Numbered from the stretch's first letter, positions 30,545 to 46,342 are shown. The stretch: 64,000 nucleotides of DNA from an uncultured Actinomycetes bacterium (GCA_963824995.1 CAWGRK010000010.1:120928-184927), one strand, 5' to 3'. Translations and numbers: made by a program. The notes: generated from the sequence alone by a model not told the origin.

Positions 30545-31732
30545 TCATTTCAGGATCTTGGTCACCCGGCCGGCACCGACGGTGCGGCCACCCTCGCGGA
30601 TGGCGAAACGCAGGCCCTCGTCCATGGCGATGGGGGCGATGAGCTCCACCGTCATCTGCGTCTGGTCACCGGGCATCACCATCTCGGTCCCCTCGGGGAG
30701 GGTCACCGAACCGGTGACGTCGGTGGTGCGGAAGTAGAACTGGGGGCGGTAACCGGAGAAGAACGGGTTGTGCCGCCCGCCCTCCTCCTTGGTCAAGACG
30801 TACACCGCCGCCTCGAAATTGGTGTGCGGGGTGATCGACCCCGGCTTGGCCAGCACCTGGCCCCGCTCCACCTCCTCCTTGCCGACCCCCCGCAACAGAA
30901 CCCCAACGTTGTCCCCCGCCCGGCCCTCGTCCAACAGCTTGCGGAACATCTCCACCCCGGTGGCCACGGTCTTTCTGGTGGGGCGGATCCCGACGATCTC
31001 CACCTCCTCGTTGACCTTCAACACCCCCTGCTCCACCCGGCCGGTGACCACCGTCCCCCGCCCGGTGATGCTGAAGACGTCCTCGATCGCCATCATGAAC
31101 GGCTTCTCCACGTCGCGCACCGGCTCGGGGACGTAGGAGTCCACCGCCTCCATCAACTCCACGATCTGGGTGGGACCCTCCCCCTCCCCGTCCAGGGCCT
31201 GGAGGGCCGAGCCGCGCACCACCGGGACCTCGTCGCCGGGGTACTCGTACTCGGTCAACAGGTCGCGCACCTCGAGCTCCACCAGGTCCAAGAGCTCGGG
31301 GTCGTCCACCATGTCCACCTTGTTCAAGAAGACCACGATCGAGGGCACCCCCACCTGGCGGGCCAAGAGGACGTGCTCCCGGGTCTGGGGCATGGGGCCG
31401 TCGGCCGCCGACACCACCAGGATGGCCCCGTCCACCTGGGCGGCGCCGGTGATCATGTTCTTGATGTAATCGGCGTGACCCGGCATGTCGACGTGGGCGT
31501 AGTGGCGGTTGGGGGTCTCGTACTCCACGTGGGCGATCTGGATGGTGATCCCCCGCTCCCGCTCCTCGGGAGCCTTGTCGATCTGATCGAAGGAGGTGAA
31601 CGCCACAGAAGAATCACGCTCGTGCAACACCTTGGTGATCGCCGCCGTCAACGTCGTCTTCCCATGATCGATATGACCCATGGTCCCCACATTCACATGA
31701 GGCTTGGTCCGCTCAAACTTCGCCTTCCCCAT
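30545..31732 (-). CDS. tuf: Elongation factor Tu
   Basis: [39 protein letters not shown]; AAGGAG RBS. Confidence 0.99.
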   Translation of the reverse strand: MGKAKFERTKPHVNVGTMGHIDHGKTTLTAAITKVLHERDSSVAFTSFDQIDKAPEERERGITIQIAHVEYETPNRHYAHVDMPGHADYIKNMITGAAQVDGAILVVSAADGPMPQTREHVLLARQVGVPSIVVFLNKVDMVDDPELLDLVELEVRDLLTEYEYPGDEVPVVRGSALQALDGEGEGPTQIVELMEAVDSYVPEPVRDVEKPFMMAIEDVFSITGRGTVVTGRVEQGVLKVNEEVEIVGIRPTRKTVATGVEMFRKLLDEGRAGDNVGVLLRGVGKEEVERGQVLAKPGSITPHTNFEAAVYVLTKEEGGRHNPFFSGYRPQFYFRTTDVTGSVTLPEGTEMVMPGDQTQMTVELIAPIAMDEGLRFAIREGGRTVGAGRVTKILK

Positions 31733-31748
31733 CACAACTCCTTTTGCT

Positions 31749-33863
31749 TCAAGCCTCGCCGCGAACCCGGGAGACGATCTCCTGGGCGATCGAGTCTGGG
31801 ACGTCCTGGTACGAATGGAAATGCATGGTGTACGTGGCTCTGCCCTGGGTGCGCGACCGGAGGTCGGTGGCGTACCCGAACATCTCGGCGAGCGGCACGA
31901 GGGCGGCCACCACCCGCGAGTTGCCCCGCTGGTTCATCGACTCGACCCGTCCCCGCCGTGACGACAGGTCGCCGATGACGTCGCCGAGGTAGTCCTCGGG
32001 TGACACCACTTCGACCGCCATCACCGGCTCCAGCAGCTTGACCCCGGCCCGTTTCGCCGCCTCCTGGAGCGCCATCGAGCCGGCTATCCGGAAGGCCATC
32101 TCCGAGGAGTCCACGTCGTGGTACGAGCCATCGGTCAGCGTGGCACGGACGTCGACAAGCGGGTACCCGGCGAGGATCCCGTTGTCGAGCGCCTCCTCTA
32201 TCCCATCGTCGACAGCGGGGATGTACTCCCGCGGGATGCGGCCACCGGTCACCTTGTCGACGAACTCGTAACCGCCGCCGGGACCGGTCGGCTCGAGGGA
32301 GATGACGACGTGGCCGTACTGGCCGCGCCCACCGCTCTGGCGGATGTAGCGGCCCTCGATCTTGTTGATCGGGCCCTTGATGGTCTCGCGGTAGGCGACC
32401 TGGGGCCGTCCCACGTTGGCGCCGACCTTGAACTCGCGCACCAATCTGTCAACCAGTATCTCGAGGTGGAGCTCTCCCATCCCCGAGATGATCGTCTGAC
32501 CCGTCTCCTCGTCGCTCCTGATGAGGAACGTGGGGTCCTCGTCGGCCAGACGGTGGAGCGCAGTGGATAGCTTCTCCTCATCCACCTTGGTCTTGGGCTC
32601 GATGGCGACGTTGATGACCGGGGCGGGGAAAGTCATCGACTCGAGCTGGATCGGGTTCTCCGAAGCTGCCAGCGTGTCGCCCGTGGTGGTTCCCTTGAGC
32701 CCCACCGCGGCGACGATGTCGCCGGTGAAGACGTCGTCGATGTCTTCGCGGGAGTTGGCGTGCATCCGGAGGATCCGGCCAAGTCGCTCCTTCTTGCCGG
32801 TGCTGACGTTGAGCAGACCGTCGCCCTTGGCGGCGTGACCCGAGTACACCCGGAAATAGGTGAGCTTCCCGACATGCGGGTCGCTCATGATCTTGAAGGC
32901 GAGGGCGGTGAAGGGCTCACTGTCCTCCGGTGCCCGCGCCATCTCGACGGTCTCGTCACCGGGCTTGAAACCCTCGACGGGGGGGAGATCAGCAGGGCTG
33001 GGGAGGTAGGCGATCACCGCATCGAGCAGCGGCTGAACGCCCTTGTTCTTGAATGCGCTCCCGCAGAGGACGGGGACGAAGAGCTGGTCGAGTGTCGCCT
33101 TTCGGACGGCCGATTGGATCTCCTCGGGGTTGATCTCCAACTCCTCGAGGTACTTCTCCAATAGCTTCTCGTCCACCTCGGCGACCGCCTCGAGGAGCTT
33201 GCCCCGCCACTCCTCGGCGGATGCCATCAGATCGGCGGGGATGTCGGTGGTCTCCCAGTGCTTGCCATCATCGCCCTGCCAGATATGGGCGCGCATCTCG
33301 ACCAGGTCGACAACTCCCTGGAAGTTCGATTCGGAGCCGATGGGGATCTGGATCGGCACGGGGTTGGCCTCGAGACGCATCCGGATCGAATCGACCGCTG
33401 CGTAGAAGTCGGCGCCGATCCTGTCGAGTTTGTTGACGAAGCAGATACGGGGGACTTGGTACCGGTCGGCTTGGCGCCACACCGTCTCCGACTGCGGCTC
33501 GACCCCGGCGACGCCATCGAACACGGCGACCGCACCGTCGAGGATCCGGAGCGACCGCTCGACCTCGACCGTGAAATCGACGTGACCCGGAGTGTCGATG
33601 ATGTTGACCGTCGTGTCGTGCCAGACACAGGTGGTGGCAGCGGAGGTGATGGTGATCCCCCGCTCCTGCTCCTGCTCCATCCAGTCCATCACCGCGGCGC
33701 CCTCGTGAACCTCACCGAGCTTGTAGGTCTTGCCCGTGTAGTAGAGGATCCGCTCGGTCAGCGTCGTCTTGCCCGCGTCGATGTGAGCCATGATCCCGAT
33801 ATTCCGGGTCCGGCTCAACGGGATCTGGCGCAGGCGTGCCAGCGCTTCGCTTCTCGTGCTCAT
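31749..33863 (-). CDS. fusA: Elongation factor G
   Basis: [45 protein letters not shown]. Confidence 0.99.
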   Translation of the reverse strand: MSTRSEALARLRQIPLSRTRNIGIMAHIDAGKTTLTERILYYTGKTYKLGEVHEGAAVMDWMEQEQERGITITSAATTCVWHDTTVNIIDTPGHVDFTVEVERSLRILDGAVAVFDGVAGVEPQSETVWRQADRYQVPRICFVNKLDRIGADFYAAVDSIRMRLEANPVPIQIPIGSESNFQGVVDLVEMRAHIWQGDDGKHWETTDIPADLMASAEEWRGKLLEAVAEVDEKLLEKYLEELEINPEEIQSAVRKATLDQLFVPVLCGSAFKNKGVQPLLDAVIAYLPSPADLPPVEGFKPGDETVEMARAPEDSEPFTALAFKIMSDPHVGKLTYFRVYSGHAAKGDGLLNVSTGKKERLGRILRMHANSREDIDDVFTGDIVAAVGLKGTTTGDTLAASENPIQLESMTFPAPVINVAIEPKTKVDEEKLSTALHRLADEDPTFLIRSDEETGQTIISGMGELHLEILVDRLVREFKVGANVGRPQVAYRETIKGPINKIEGRYIRQSGGRGQYGHVVISLEPTGPGGGYEFVDKVTGGRIPREYIPAVDDGIEEALDNGILAGYPLVDVRATLTDGSYHDVDSSEMAFRIAGSMALQEAAKRAGVKLLEPVMAVEVVSPEDYLGDVIGDLSSRRGRVESMNQRGNSRVVAALVPLAEMFGYATDLRSRTQGRATYTMHFHSYQDVPDSIAQEIVSRVRGEA

Positions 33864-33921
33864 CGTCGTCTCTCGGGTCGCTATGCAGTTGTCAGTCGGA
33901 CAATTGTCGGACGGGTCGGGA

Positions 33922-34389
33922 TTACCAGCGGTAGTGGGCGAAGGCCTTGTTGGACTCCGCCATCTTGTGGACGTCTTCCTTGCGCTTCATCGCAGCACCG
34001 GTGTTGTTGGCGGCGTCGAGGACCTCGTTGGCGAGGCGCTGGGCCATGGTCGTCTCACGGCGCCTGCGGGAGAAACCGACCATCCAGCGGATGGCGAGGG
34101 TGTTGGAGCGGCGCGGCGAAACCTCCACGGGAACCTGGTACGACGAACCGCCGACCCTCCGTGAGCGGACCTCGACCTGTGGGCGGAGATTGTCCACCGC
34201 TCGCTTGAGGACATTGAGCGGGTCCTGGTTGCTCCGGCGCTCGACGATCTCGAGTGCGTCGTACACGATGCCGCGGGCGACGTCCTTCTTGCCATGGAGG
34301 AGGACCTTGTTGATCACCTGGCTGACCAGGACGCTCCGGAACACCGGGTCCGGATCGATGCGGCGCTTGGGAGCTGGGCCTCTTCGCAT
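33922..34389 (-). CDS. rpsG: 30S ribosomal protein S7
   Basis: [33 protein letters not shown]. Confidence 0.99.
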   Translation of the reverse strand: MRRGPAPKRRIDPDPVFRSVLVSQVINKVLLHGKKDVARGIVYDALEIVERRSNQDPLNVLKRAVDNLRPQVEVRSRRVGGSSYQVPVEVSPRRSNTLAIRWMVGFSRRRRETTMAQRLANEVLDAANNTGAAMKRKEDVHKMAESNKAFAHYRW

Positions 34390-34390
34390 C

Positions 34391-34762
34391 TCAGCCCTCC
34401 CGCTTCGCCCCGTAGCGGGAGCGTGCCTGCTTGCGGTCGCGTACCCCGGCGGCGTCGAGCGTGCCCCGCACCACCTTGTAGCGCACCCCTGGCAGGTCCT
34501 TCACCCGGCCCCCGCGGACCAGGACGATCGAGTGCTCCTGGAGGTTATGACCCTCGCCTGGGATGTAGGCGGTGACCTCGACCTGGCTGGAGAGACGGAC
34601 GCGAGCCACCTTGCGCAGAGCCGAGTTCGGCTTCTTCGGTGTGACCGTGTAGACCCTGGTACAGACGCCGCGCCGCTGCGGGGCGCCGGCGAGACCGGGA
34701 GTCTTCTCCTTCTTGGGCTTGGGCCGCCTGCCCTCGCGGACAAGCTGTTGGATGGTTGGCAT
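34391..34762 (-). CDS. rpsL: 30S ribosomal protein S12
   Basis: ATG 34762 gives [38 protein letters not shown]. Confidence 0.99.
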   Translation of the reverse strand: MPTIQQLVREGRRPKPKKEKTPGLAGAPQRRGVCTRVYTVTPKKPNSALRKVARVRLSSQVEVTAYIPGEGHNLQEHSIVLVRGGRVKDLPGVRYKVVRGTLDAAGVRDRKQARSRYGAKREG

Positions 34763-34910
34763 CGCCTTCCTAACGCGAATGTCGGCGCCCCGGACACAAC
34801 CGGATCGCCGACCCACTGAAACTGACCCGTCTCTCCGGCCGAACCGCCGGGCCCGGGTCAGGCCAAGCGGAGCCCTCTGGAGAGGGGGAGAGGTCTAAGA
34901 CCACGGCGGA

Positions 34911-34940
34911 AGTGTACCCCTGACACGGCGATTTGGTCAA
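34911..34940 (-). promoter_or_regulatory. Housekeeping sigma promoter for the rpsL/str superoperon
   Basis: TTGACC (34940-34935), 18-nt spacer, TACACT (34916-34911). Confidence 0.75.
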
Positions 34941-35065
34941 AAGGCGGCTCGCTCGCCGGCTCTATCTTTTTCGTCCCCCCTCGGGGAAGGGACCCCGCCG
35001 CGGAGCAGCGGGTAGATGGGCTGGCGAACTCCCAACGGTGCGTCGGGGCCGAGGGGCCGGCTCGA

Positions 35066-36003
35066 TCAGCCGGGGCCGAAGACAAGCACGCCCTCGGCGG
35101 CGCTTGGCCCGATGTCGTAACGGGCGACCAGATCCTCGGGAAGGTCGGCGAGATCGCTCGACCGCTTGAAGTCTCGCAACGAGGTGCCGGTGCAATGGGA
35201 GTCGACGTTCGGTGCGCCGGCGCCTGATCGAGGTCGTAGAGGATTCACCGTCCGGAAATCGATGCTGTACCGGGTGAAGCCCGAGGTGTTGGGAACGGTG
35301 GAGTGCATCTGGGCGCCGGAGAAGAGGACCAGCCCACCCGGTGGGACCACGAAGCGGACTTGAGGATCGGGGTCGGGATTTCCCGGCGGCTTGGGCTGCT
35401 TCCGGGTGTCCGGCCTGATCTGGTTGGCGGCGTCCTTGCGACCGGTCGCATTCCACTGGCAGTAGTTGAAGTCGGCTGAGCCGTTCGGCACTCCCTCCGA
35501 CCAGTAGCGGGGGTGGAAGGCCATGGAGCACTCGGTTTCGATGTCGTAGATGGGGAGCCGACCAGTTCAGACTGCGAGCGGCAGCGGGCGCCGAGTACCA
35601 GGCGTCACGAGTGAGGTGGTGGGCATATCCGACACCGGCCGTCAGGTATGCGTCGCTGGTGACCATGCGGAGTCTGCGGCACGTCCTGATAGGTGGTCTC
35701 GAGATCACACCCCAGGTCGGCAAGTAGTTCCGGAATCAAGCGCTTGGTCTCGTCGTGGTGGATGAACCGCGGCTTCAGCGGGGCGACCACTGCCACGTAG
35801 TCCTCCGACGGGCATCCGTCGAACTGCACGCAGCGGGGGTCCTTGCCCGGGAACGCCTCCTCGATCATCGATCGAGCGCGTTCGCCAAGCGCTCGGATCG
35901 ACGCCCGTGGGCGAGATCACAGAAATATTTGACGCCTCGAAGAGGCGGCTCCTGCGGACCGATTCCGAAGCGCTCGAATCGAGGTATCACTGGGGGGCTG
36001 CAT
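35066..36003 (-). pseudogene. Multiply frameshifted Fe(II)/2-oxoglutarate (PhyH-like) dioxygenase-like gene; pseudogene or sequencing errors
   Basis: Fragments across frames join as MIEEAF..LKPRFIHHDETK..DVP / LRMVTSDAYLTAGVGYAHH..RDAWYSAP / MAFHPRYW..VLFSGAQMHSTVPNTSGFTRYSIDFRTV, a HxD...H...RxS jelly-roll pattern. Confidence 0.55.
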
Positions 36004-36073
36004 TGGGCCAACGGTGCCCTTCCTGGTTTTCCGGGTGAGACGGCCAGGCCCACATGGGCCCGGCCGCTCCGGA

Positions 36074-40052
<3,979 letters not shown>

Positions 40053-40085
40053 GGGTTCCTTTCCGCGTTTTCATTTGGTTCAGGT

Positions 40086-43000
40086 TCAAACGTCGAAATC
40101 GTCGCGGCGCTCGGGCCGGCTGAGGTCGATGCCAAGGGTCTCGACACTGCGGAACGAGGTGTCCTCGTCGAGGTCGCGTAGCTCGACCTCCTCACCGGCA
40201 GAGAGCATCTCCACGTTGAGGCAGAGGCTCTGCATCTCCTTCAGCAGTACCTTGAAGGACTCCGGGATTCCCGGTTCGGGGATGTTCTCCCCCTTGACGA
40301 TCGACTCGTAGACCTTCACCCGCCCCTGGACGTCGTCCGACTTGATGGTGAGCACTTCCTGGAGGGCGTAGGCCGCCCCATAGGCCTCGAGGGCCCAAAC
40401 CTCCATCTCACCGAATCGCTGACCGCCGAACTGGGCCTTTCCGCCGAGCGGCTGCTGGGTGATCATCGAGTACGGACCGGTAGAGCGGGCGTGGATCTTG
40501 TCGTCGACCAGGTGGACCAGCTTCAGCATGTAGATGTGGCCCACAGTGATCGCCGTGTCGAAGGCATAGCCGTTTCGTCCGTCATAGAGCGTCGCCTTGC
40601 CGAAATCGTCGACGAGCTTGTCGCCGTCGCGGTTGGGGAGGGCATTGGCCAGGACCGATGCGATCTCCCCTTCCCTTGCTCCGTCGAACACCGGGGTTGC
40701 CACCTTGCTCCAGGGAGCGGTGCCGCGCGCCGCCGGGCTGTTCCCATCGAACTTCCGCCAGCCGCACGCCGCCGCCCAGCCGAGATGGGTCTCGAGCACC
40801 TGGCCGAGGTTCATCCGGGAGGGGACGCCCAGGGGCGAGAGGATGATGTCCACCGGGGTGCCGTCCTCCATGAACGGCATGTCCTCTACGGGCAGGATCT
40901 TGGCGATCACGCCCTTGTTCCCGTGGCGTCCCGCCAGCTTGTCGCCTTCGGAGATCTTCCGCTGTTGGGCGACGTAGACCCGGACGGTCTCGTTGACACC
41001 GGGGGGCAGGTCGTACCCCTCGGACCGCTTGGCCACGCGGACGTCGATGACCTTCCCGCTCTCACCGTGTGGGACCTTGAGCGAGGTGTCGCGCACTTCA
41101 CGGGCCTTCTCACCGAAGATCGCCCGCAGGAGGCGCTCCTCGGGAGTCAGCTCGGTCTCGCCCTTCGGCGTGACCTTGCCGACCAGGTAGTCGCCGGGGT
41201 TGACCTCGGCACCTACCCGGATGATCCCGTTCTCGTCGAGATCGCGCAGCACTTCCTCGGCCACGTTCGGGATGTCACGGGTGATCTCTTCGGCGCCGAG
41301 CTTGGTGTCGCGGGCATCGATCTCGTGCTCCTCGATGTGGATCGAGGTGAGCATGTCCTCTTTGACGAGGCGCTCGGAGACGATGATGGCGTCCTCGAAG
41401 TTGTGGCCCTGCCAGGGCATGAATGCGACGAGCAGGTTCCTGCCGAGGGCGAGTTCACCGCTCTCGGTGGACGGCCCATCGGCGAGGACGTCGCCTGCCT
41501 TGACCTGATCGCCCTCACGGACGATCGGCTTCTGGTTCATGCAGGTGCCCTGGTTGGACCTGACGAATTTGCCGAGCGGGAAGGTGTGCTTGCGGTTGCT
41601 GCCGCTTTCCTTGACCACGATGTGATCGCCGTTGACCTCGGCCACCTCGCCGGCGACCGGGGAGACGATCATGTCGCCCGAGTCCATGGCGGCGCGGCCC
41701 TCGACCCCGGTGCCCACGAGCGGCGCCTCGGAACGGAGCAGTGGGACCGCCTGCCTCTGCATGTTCGAGCCCATCAAGGCCCGGTTGGCGTCGTCGTGCT
41801 CGAGAAAGGGGATCAACGCCGTCGAGACCGACACCAACTGCTTCGGCGAGACGTCCATGTAGTCGACCTCGTCGGGTGTCACCTGGTCGACCTCGCCACC
41901 GGCGCGGCGCACCAGCACGCGGTCGAGTTGGTAAGACCCGTCGGGGTTGAGCGGGGCGTTCGCCTGGGCGATGACGTGCCGCTCCTCCTCGATGGCCGTG
42001 AGGTAGTCCACGGCAGCAGTCACCTTGCCCTTGACCACCTTGCGGTACGGGGTCTCGATGAACCCGTAGCGGTTGACCCGGGCGTAGCTGGCGAGCGACC
42101 CGATGAGCCCGATGTTCGGGCCTTCCGGGGTCTCGATGGGGCACATGCGCCCGTAGTGCGACGGGTGGACATCGCGCACCTCGAACCCGGCCCGCTCGCG
42201 CGACAGGCCGCCCGGACCGAGCGCCGAAAGCCGCCGGCGGTGGGTGAGCCCGGCGAGGGGGTTCGGCTGGTCCATGAACTGGCTGAGCTGGCTGGTCCCG
42301 AAGAACTCCTTGATGGCGGCCGTGACGGGCCGGATGTTGATCAGGCTCTGGGGGGTGATCGACTCCGGATCCTGTGTGGTCATGCGCTCCCTGACCACCC
42401 GCTCCAGCCGGGTCAACCCGACCCTGACCTGGTTCTGGATCAGCTCGCCGACGGTGCGCACCCGGCGGTTGCCGAAGTGGTCGATGTCGTCGGTCTGCAC
42501 CGGCACCTCGGCGCCGTTGGTCGGCGTGAAAGTGGCCGTTCCCGCATGGAGGTGGACCAGGTAGCGGATGGTGTCGAGGATGTCGTCGTCGCTGAGCAGT
42601 CCGCGCCCGGCGGAGCGGTGCTCGGAGCCCTCAGGACGGCCGAACTTCTGGTCGAGCTTGTAGCGACCCACCCGGGTCAGGTCGTACCGCTTCGGGTTGC
42701 GGAACAGGGTCTGTATCAGGTTGCGGGCCGACTCCACAGTTGTCGGCTCGCCGGGACGGAGCTTGCGGTACAGGTCGAGCAGCGCATCGTCCTTGTCGGT
42801 GACCGTATCCTTCTCGAGGGTGTTCTTGATCGACTCGGCGCCGTTGAACAGAGCCAGGATCTCCTCGTCGGTCTCGGCGATCCCGAGGGCACGCAGGAAA
42901 GCGCTCACGTACTGGCGACGCTTGCGGTCCACACGGACACCGACCGTGTCCTTCTTGTCCGTGTCGAACTCGAGCCATGCCCCTCGGCCGGGGATCATTT

Positions 43001-43475
43001 TGGCCGAGAAGATGTCGCGGTCCGAGGTCTTGTCAAGGGTCTGATCGAAGTAGACCCCGGGGGACCGGACCAGCTGGCTTACCACCACGCGCTCTGTCCC
43101 GTTGACGATGAAGACGCCCTTGTCGGTCATGATGGGGAAGTCGCCAAGGAACACCTGCTGCTCCTTGATCTCCCCGGTCTGCCGGTTGAAGAAGCGGGCT
43201 GTGACGAACAGCGGCTTGGCGTAGTTGGAGTCGTGGTCCTTCGCCTCGTCGATGGTCATCGGAGGGTCACCGAAGCGATGGTCGGTGAGCTCGAGGGCGA
43301 GAGAACCGGTGAAATCCTCTATGGGGGAGATCTCTTCGAAGATCTCCTTCAGACCCTCGTCGAGGAACCAACGAAAGGACTCATGTTGGACTTCGAGTAG
43401 GTCGGGGAGGGGAAGAACTTCGGGGATCTTGGCGAACGACAGGCGCTGGGCGACGCGCGAGGTCAATGGATTCAT
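40086..43475 (-). CDS. rpoB: RNA polymerase subunit beta
   Basis: [72 protein letters not shown] before ATG 43475. Confidence 0.99.
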   Translation of the reverse strand: MNPLTSRVAQRLSFAKIPEVLPLPDLLEVQHESFRWFLDEGLKEIFEEISPIEDFTGSLALELTDHRFGDPPMTIDEAKDHDSNYAKPLFVTARFFNRQTGEIKEQQVFLGDFPIMTDKGVFIVNGTERVVVSQLVRSPGVYFDQTLDKTSDRDIFSAKMIPGRGAWLEFDTDKKDTVGVRVDRKRRQYVSAFLRALGIAETDEEILALFNGAESIKNTLEKDTVTDKDDALLDLYRKLRPGEPTTVESARNLIQTLFRNPKRYDLTRVGRYKLDQKFGRPEGSEHRSAGRGLLSDDDILDTIRYLVHLHAGTATFTPTNGAEVPVQTDDIDHFGNRRVRTVGELIQNQVRVGLTRLERVVRERMTTQDPESITPQSLINIRPVTAAIKEFFGTSQLSQFMDQPNPLAGLTHRRRLSALGPGGLSRERAGFEVRDVHPSHYGRMCPIETPEGPNIGLIGSLASYARVNRYGFIETPYRKVVKGKVTAAVDYLTAIEEERHVIAQANAPLNPDGSYQLDRVLVRRAGGEVDQVTPDEVDYMDVSPKQLVSVSTALIPFLEHDDANRALMGSNMQRQAVPLLRSEAPLVGTGVEGRAAMDSGDMIVSPVAGEVAEVNGDHIVVKESGSNRKHTFPLGKFVRSNQGTCMNQKPIVREGDQVKAGDVLADGPSTESGELALGRNLLVAFMPWQGHNFEDAIIVSERLVKEDMLTSIHIEEHEIDARDTKLGAEEITRDIPNVAEEVLRDLDENGIIRVGAEVNPGDYLVGKVTPKGETELTPEERLLRAIFGEKAREVRDTSLKVPHGESGKVIDVRVAKRSEGYDLPPGVNETVRVYVAQQRKISEGDKLAGRHGNKGVIAKILPVEDMPFMEDGTPVDIILSPLGVPSRMNLGQVLETHLGWAAACGWRKFDGNSPAARGTAPWSKVATPVFDGAREGEIASVLANALPNRDGDKLVDDFGKATLYDGRNGYAFDTAITVGHIYMLKLVHLVDDKIHARSTGPYSMITQQPLGGKAQFGGQRFGEMEVWALEAYGAAYALQEVLTIKSDDVQGRVKVYESIVKGENIPEPGIPESFKVLLKEMQSLCLNVEMLSAGEEVELRDLDEDTSFRSVETLGIDLSRPERRDDFDV

Positions 43476-43596
43476 CCTCCTGAGAGCAGTCCGGGCCGGA
43501 GACAGCAACGTGACAGCATAGCAACGCTAGGCCGTCATCGAATCAGAACCTGATCAGCCTGCTCCGTATTCCCGGAGCCGGCTTGCTTGAGCGCGA

Positions 43597-43626
43597 ATCC
43601 TATATCAGTCGGTGCTCGGGGGTCAA
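43597..43626 (-). promoter_or_regulatory. Probable rpoB promoter
   Basis: TTGACC (43626-43621), 18-nt spacer, TAGGAT (43602-43597). Confidence 0.7.
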
Positions 43627-43639
43627 GGGGGCAAAGTCA

Positions 43640-43788
43640 GGCGGACGGCGGACGGCGGCGCACGCACCCGTTTTTGCGTGGCCGAGAACCCAACCGGTAA
43701 TCCAGTCACGCAAGAAGGGGACGGGCAGCCAACCCACCGTTCTTGCGTGGCTGAGATACCCAACCGGTACTCCAGTCACGCCGGAACG
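43640..43788. repeat. GACGGCG heptamer run followed by a doublet of ~51-bp palindromic REP-like elements, inverted relative to the copies at 6323-6444
   Basis: CGTTTTTGCGTGGC..GTCACGCAAGAA (43669) and CGTTCTTGCGTGGC..CCGGTACTCCAGTCACGCCGGAACG (43738). The reverse complement contains CTGGAGTACCGG, as in the 6.3-kb copies. Confidence 0.88.
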
Positions 43789-43801
43789 GGGCGGAGGCTG
43801 C

Positions 43802-44221
43802 CTACCAGGAGCGGAGAGAAATTGGCTTCACCCTGATGGCGACCCGGTAGGCAGTGGCGAACGCCTCGACCGTCGCCGCCAGCTCGCCCTCGATCAGCGA
43901 GCGGTACTTATCGATGTAGCGCTGATTGCTGGAAGGGTCATCGTCTTCGGGGCTGAGCCGCGCCTCCCCGGTGAAAACGGCTACTCCCCCGTCACCGATC
44001 GAGTTCAGGTTCATTGAGACCACCGAGTTGGCCGCGATGTTGCGCAGCTTGGCTCTATCCGGCTCGCTGAATACGAGGAACTCCTCGTCCTCCCACAGGA
44101 ACCAGACCAGCGACGGCTGTGGGGTGGCGTCGGATCGCACCGTCGTCAGCCAGACGACAAGCTCATCGTCGAGCCTTTGGCTCAGACCGTCGGAGATCTC
44201 GATCGAGGCTTTCAACTTCAC
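43802..44221 (-). CDS. PPOX-class F420-dependent oxidoreductase (Rv3369/TIGR03667-like)
   Basis: VWLTTVRSDATPQPSLVWFLW..K.RNIAAN..V. GGAGG RBS before GTG 44221. Confidence 0.85.
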   Translation of the reverse strand: MKLKASIEISDGLSQRLDDELVVWLTTVRSDATPQPSLVWFLWEDEEFLVFSEPDRAKLRNIAANSVVSMNLNSIGDGGVAVFTGEARLSPEDDDPSSNQRYIDKYRSLIEGELAATVEAFATAYRVAIRVKPISLRSW

Positions 44222-44291
44222 CCTCCATTCGTGTCGGCGCACGCTACGAGAAAAGGTCACGCTACGTTCCGTCTCATCGAAAGGAGCACCG

Positions 44292-45068
44292 TTGAGCGAC
44301 CGAATCCGCATCGCCGTCCAGTTCCATCCCCAACACGGCGCTTGGAACGACCTCCGATCAGCGGTGGTGAAGGCAGAAGAGCTCGGCGTGGACATCGTCT
44401 ACAACTGGGACCACTTCCACCCGCTCACCGGTCCTCGCGACGGCGAGCACTTCGAATGCTGGACGATGCTGGGGGCATGGGCCGAGATCACCGAGCGCGT
44501 CGAGATCGGCGCTCTGGTCACCTGCAACACCTACCGCAATCCCGACCTCCTCGCCGATATGGCGCGCACCGTCGACAACATGTCCCAGGGCCGGTTGATC
44601 CTCGGGATCGGCGCCGGGTGGTTCGAGCGCGACTACGAGGAATATGGGTACGAGTTCGGGACCGCCGGGTCACGACTGGCGGCCCTGCGCGAGGCACTTC
44701 CCCGCATCCGGTCGCGTTGGGAAAAGCTCAACCCACCACCCACCCGCCAGATACCGATCCTCATCGGAGGTGGTGGCGAGAAGAAGACCTTGCGGATGGC
44801 CGCCGAGCACGCCCAGATCTGGCACGGGTTTGGCGACGCCGACCGATTGCGACACAAGAACGCCGTGCTCGACCGCTGGTGTGCCGAGATCGGACGTGAC
44901 CCAAAGGAGATCGAGCGGTCGGTTGGCGGCGACCTGCGCGACGTGAGCGATGCCGACGACCTGGTCGCCGCCGGTGCTCAGCAGATCACCCTCGGCGTGG
45001 ACGGCCGCACCAATTGGGACGTGAGCCCGGTCGCCGACTGGCTCGCCTGGCGCGACAGCCGGGATTAG
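44292..45068 (+). CDS. LLM-class F420-dependent oxidoreductase
   Basis: YNWDHFHPL, HFECWTML, YRNPDLLADMARTVD, LGIGAGW, IGGGGEKKTL. AAGGAG RBS before TTG 44292. Confidence 0.92.
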   Translation: MSDRIRIAVQFHPQHGAWNDLRSAVVKAEELGVDIVYNWDHFHPLTGPRDGEHFECWTMLGAWAEITERVEIGALVTCNTYRNPDLLADMARTVDNMSQGRLILGIGAGWFERDYEEYGYEFGTAGSRLAALREALPRIRSRWEKLNPPPTRQIPILIGGGGEKKTLRMAAEHAQIWHGFGDADRLRHKNAVLDRWCAEIGRDPKEIERSVGGDLRDVSDADDLVAAGAQQITLGVDGRTNWDVSPVADWLAWRDSRD

Positions 45069-45129
45069 CCGTCTCAATCTGGGTTGGAGATCATCGCCAG
45101 GTTTGTTCAAATCCGCGGTCGACGCCTGC

Positions 45130-46167
45130 CTACTCCTGTCTCGCTCGGCGCTGGGCGGCGCGAGATTCCTCGAGGATCGACTCGAAGAGTGCAATCGTGT
45201 GGTCGGGGTCGAGACCGTGGTGCTCGGCCTCGGTCCGGATGATGTCGAGCAACTCCGCCTCTCGCGACGGGGCATACACGGGTATGCCGCGGGCCGCCTT
45301 GACCTTCCCGATGGCGAGAGCCAACCGCCGGCGCTCGGCGAGCAGTCGGACGATGTCCCGGTCCACCATGTCCACCTCGCGCCGCATCCGGCCCACGCCG
45401 AGCACGTCCATCAGGGCGCGGAAGCCCGACGCGTCGAGTTGTGAGGGACCACCGCTGCGAGCCTCGTCCGGCCGGGCGTGGACCTCGACGATGAGCCCGT
45501 CGGCTCCCACCCCTTGCGCGGCCAGCGCCAGCGGCGGAACCCGGCTTGTGCCACCCGCCGGGCCGCTCGGGTCTACCAGCACGGGTAGGTGACTGCGCTC
45601 CTTCACCATGGGAATGGCGCCGATGTCGAGTGTCATGCCTTGATCTCCGAAGGTGCGGATACCACGCTCCACCAGGACGACCTGGTCGTTGCCTCCATCC
45701 AGCACGTACTCCGCCGCCCACAACCACTCGTCGATGGTCGCCGACGGTCCCCTACGGAGCAGAACCGGCTTTCCCGATGAGCCCACCGCTCGCAGCAGTT
45801 CGAAGTCCTGCATGCTCCCTTCTCCGACCTCGAGCATGTCAACCCGGTCGGAAACCGCGTCGACGTCCCCAGGCGCCACCACCTGAGTCACTACCGGTAA
45901 CCCAACCGCTTCGGCAGCCGCCACCAGCATGTCCAGGCCTGCAAGCCCCAACCCGGCGAACCCGTAGGTGCTTGCGGTGAAGGTCCCGCCGCGGAGTACG
46001 GCCCCACCCCCATCGGCTACGGCGACCGCCGCCTGCCTGACTTGAACGGAATCCTCTACCGAGCTTGGGCCGGCTATCACAGGGAATGGGTCATGCCCGA
46101 ACCTCACCGGACCGACGGTCACCACCGTCGAAGGCCCAGTTCCATTCCGCTCCGCTTTGCGCTCCAT
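45130..46167 (-). CDS. DAHP synthase (type I-beta) fused to a C-terminal chorismate mutase
   Basis: IAGPSSVE, LRGG.F, GKPVLLRRG, LVERGIRTF, HLPVLVDPS, GADGLIVEVH; C-terminal RREVD.VDRDIVRLL.ERR AroQ-like domain. Confidence 0.88.
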   Translation of the reverse strand: MERKAERNGTGPSTVVTVGPVRFGHDPFPVIAGPSSVEDSVQVRQAAVAVADGGGAVLRGGTFTASTYGFAGLGLAGLDMLVAAAEAVGLPVVTQVVAPGDVDAVSDRVDMLEVGEGSMQDFELLRAVGSSGKPVLLRRGPSATIDEWLWAAEYVLDGGNDQVVLVERGIRTFGDQGMTLDIGAIPMVKERSHLPVLVDPSGPAGGTSRVPPLALAAQGVGADGLIVEVHARPDEARSGGPSQLDASGFRALMDVLGVGRMRREVDMVDRDIVRLLAERRRLALAIGKVKAARGIPVYAPSREAELLDIIRTEAEHHGLDPDHTIALFESILEESRAAQRRARQE

Positions 46168-46207
46168 CTCAGGCTCCTGCTCTTTGTGGGCCTGAGGGCT
46201 CCGGAAA

Positions 46208-46342
46208 ATCAAAAACCCGGAGCCCTCTGGCTCCGGGTGGTCGGGTTGTGGCTTTGCAGATCGACTCTGTCTCAGCGCGCTCCTCGGCCCGGGCCGCGGG
46301 CCCGGTAAAGACGAAGGTGGCATAGCCGTAGAGCCGATCCAT
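46208..46342 (-). promoter_or_regulatory. Putative Tyr/Phe-sensing transcriptional attenuator (leader peptide plus intrinsic terminator)
   Basis: Leader ATG 46342 encodes MDRLYGYATFVF. Terminator CCCGGAGCC-AGA-GGGCTCCGGG-TTTTT at 46237-46211, upstream of the DAHP synthase start. Confidence 0.7.

Noticed and set aside
40491-43400. 969-aa plus-strand ORF and similar long ORFs (e.g. 30356-31978, 9668-10792, 939-1790)
   Set aside because: Antisense shadows of high-GC genes (rpoB, tuf, glmM, ABC permease) with no recognisable motifs.
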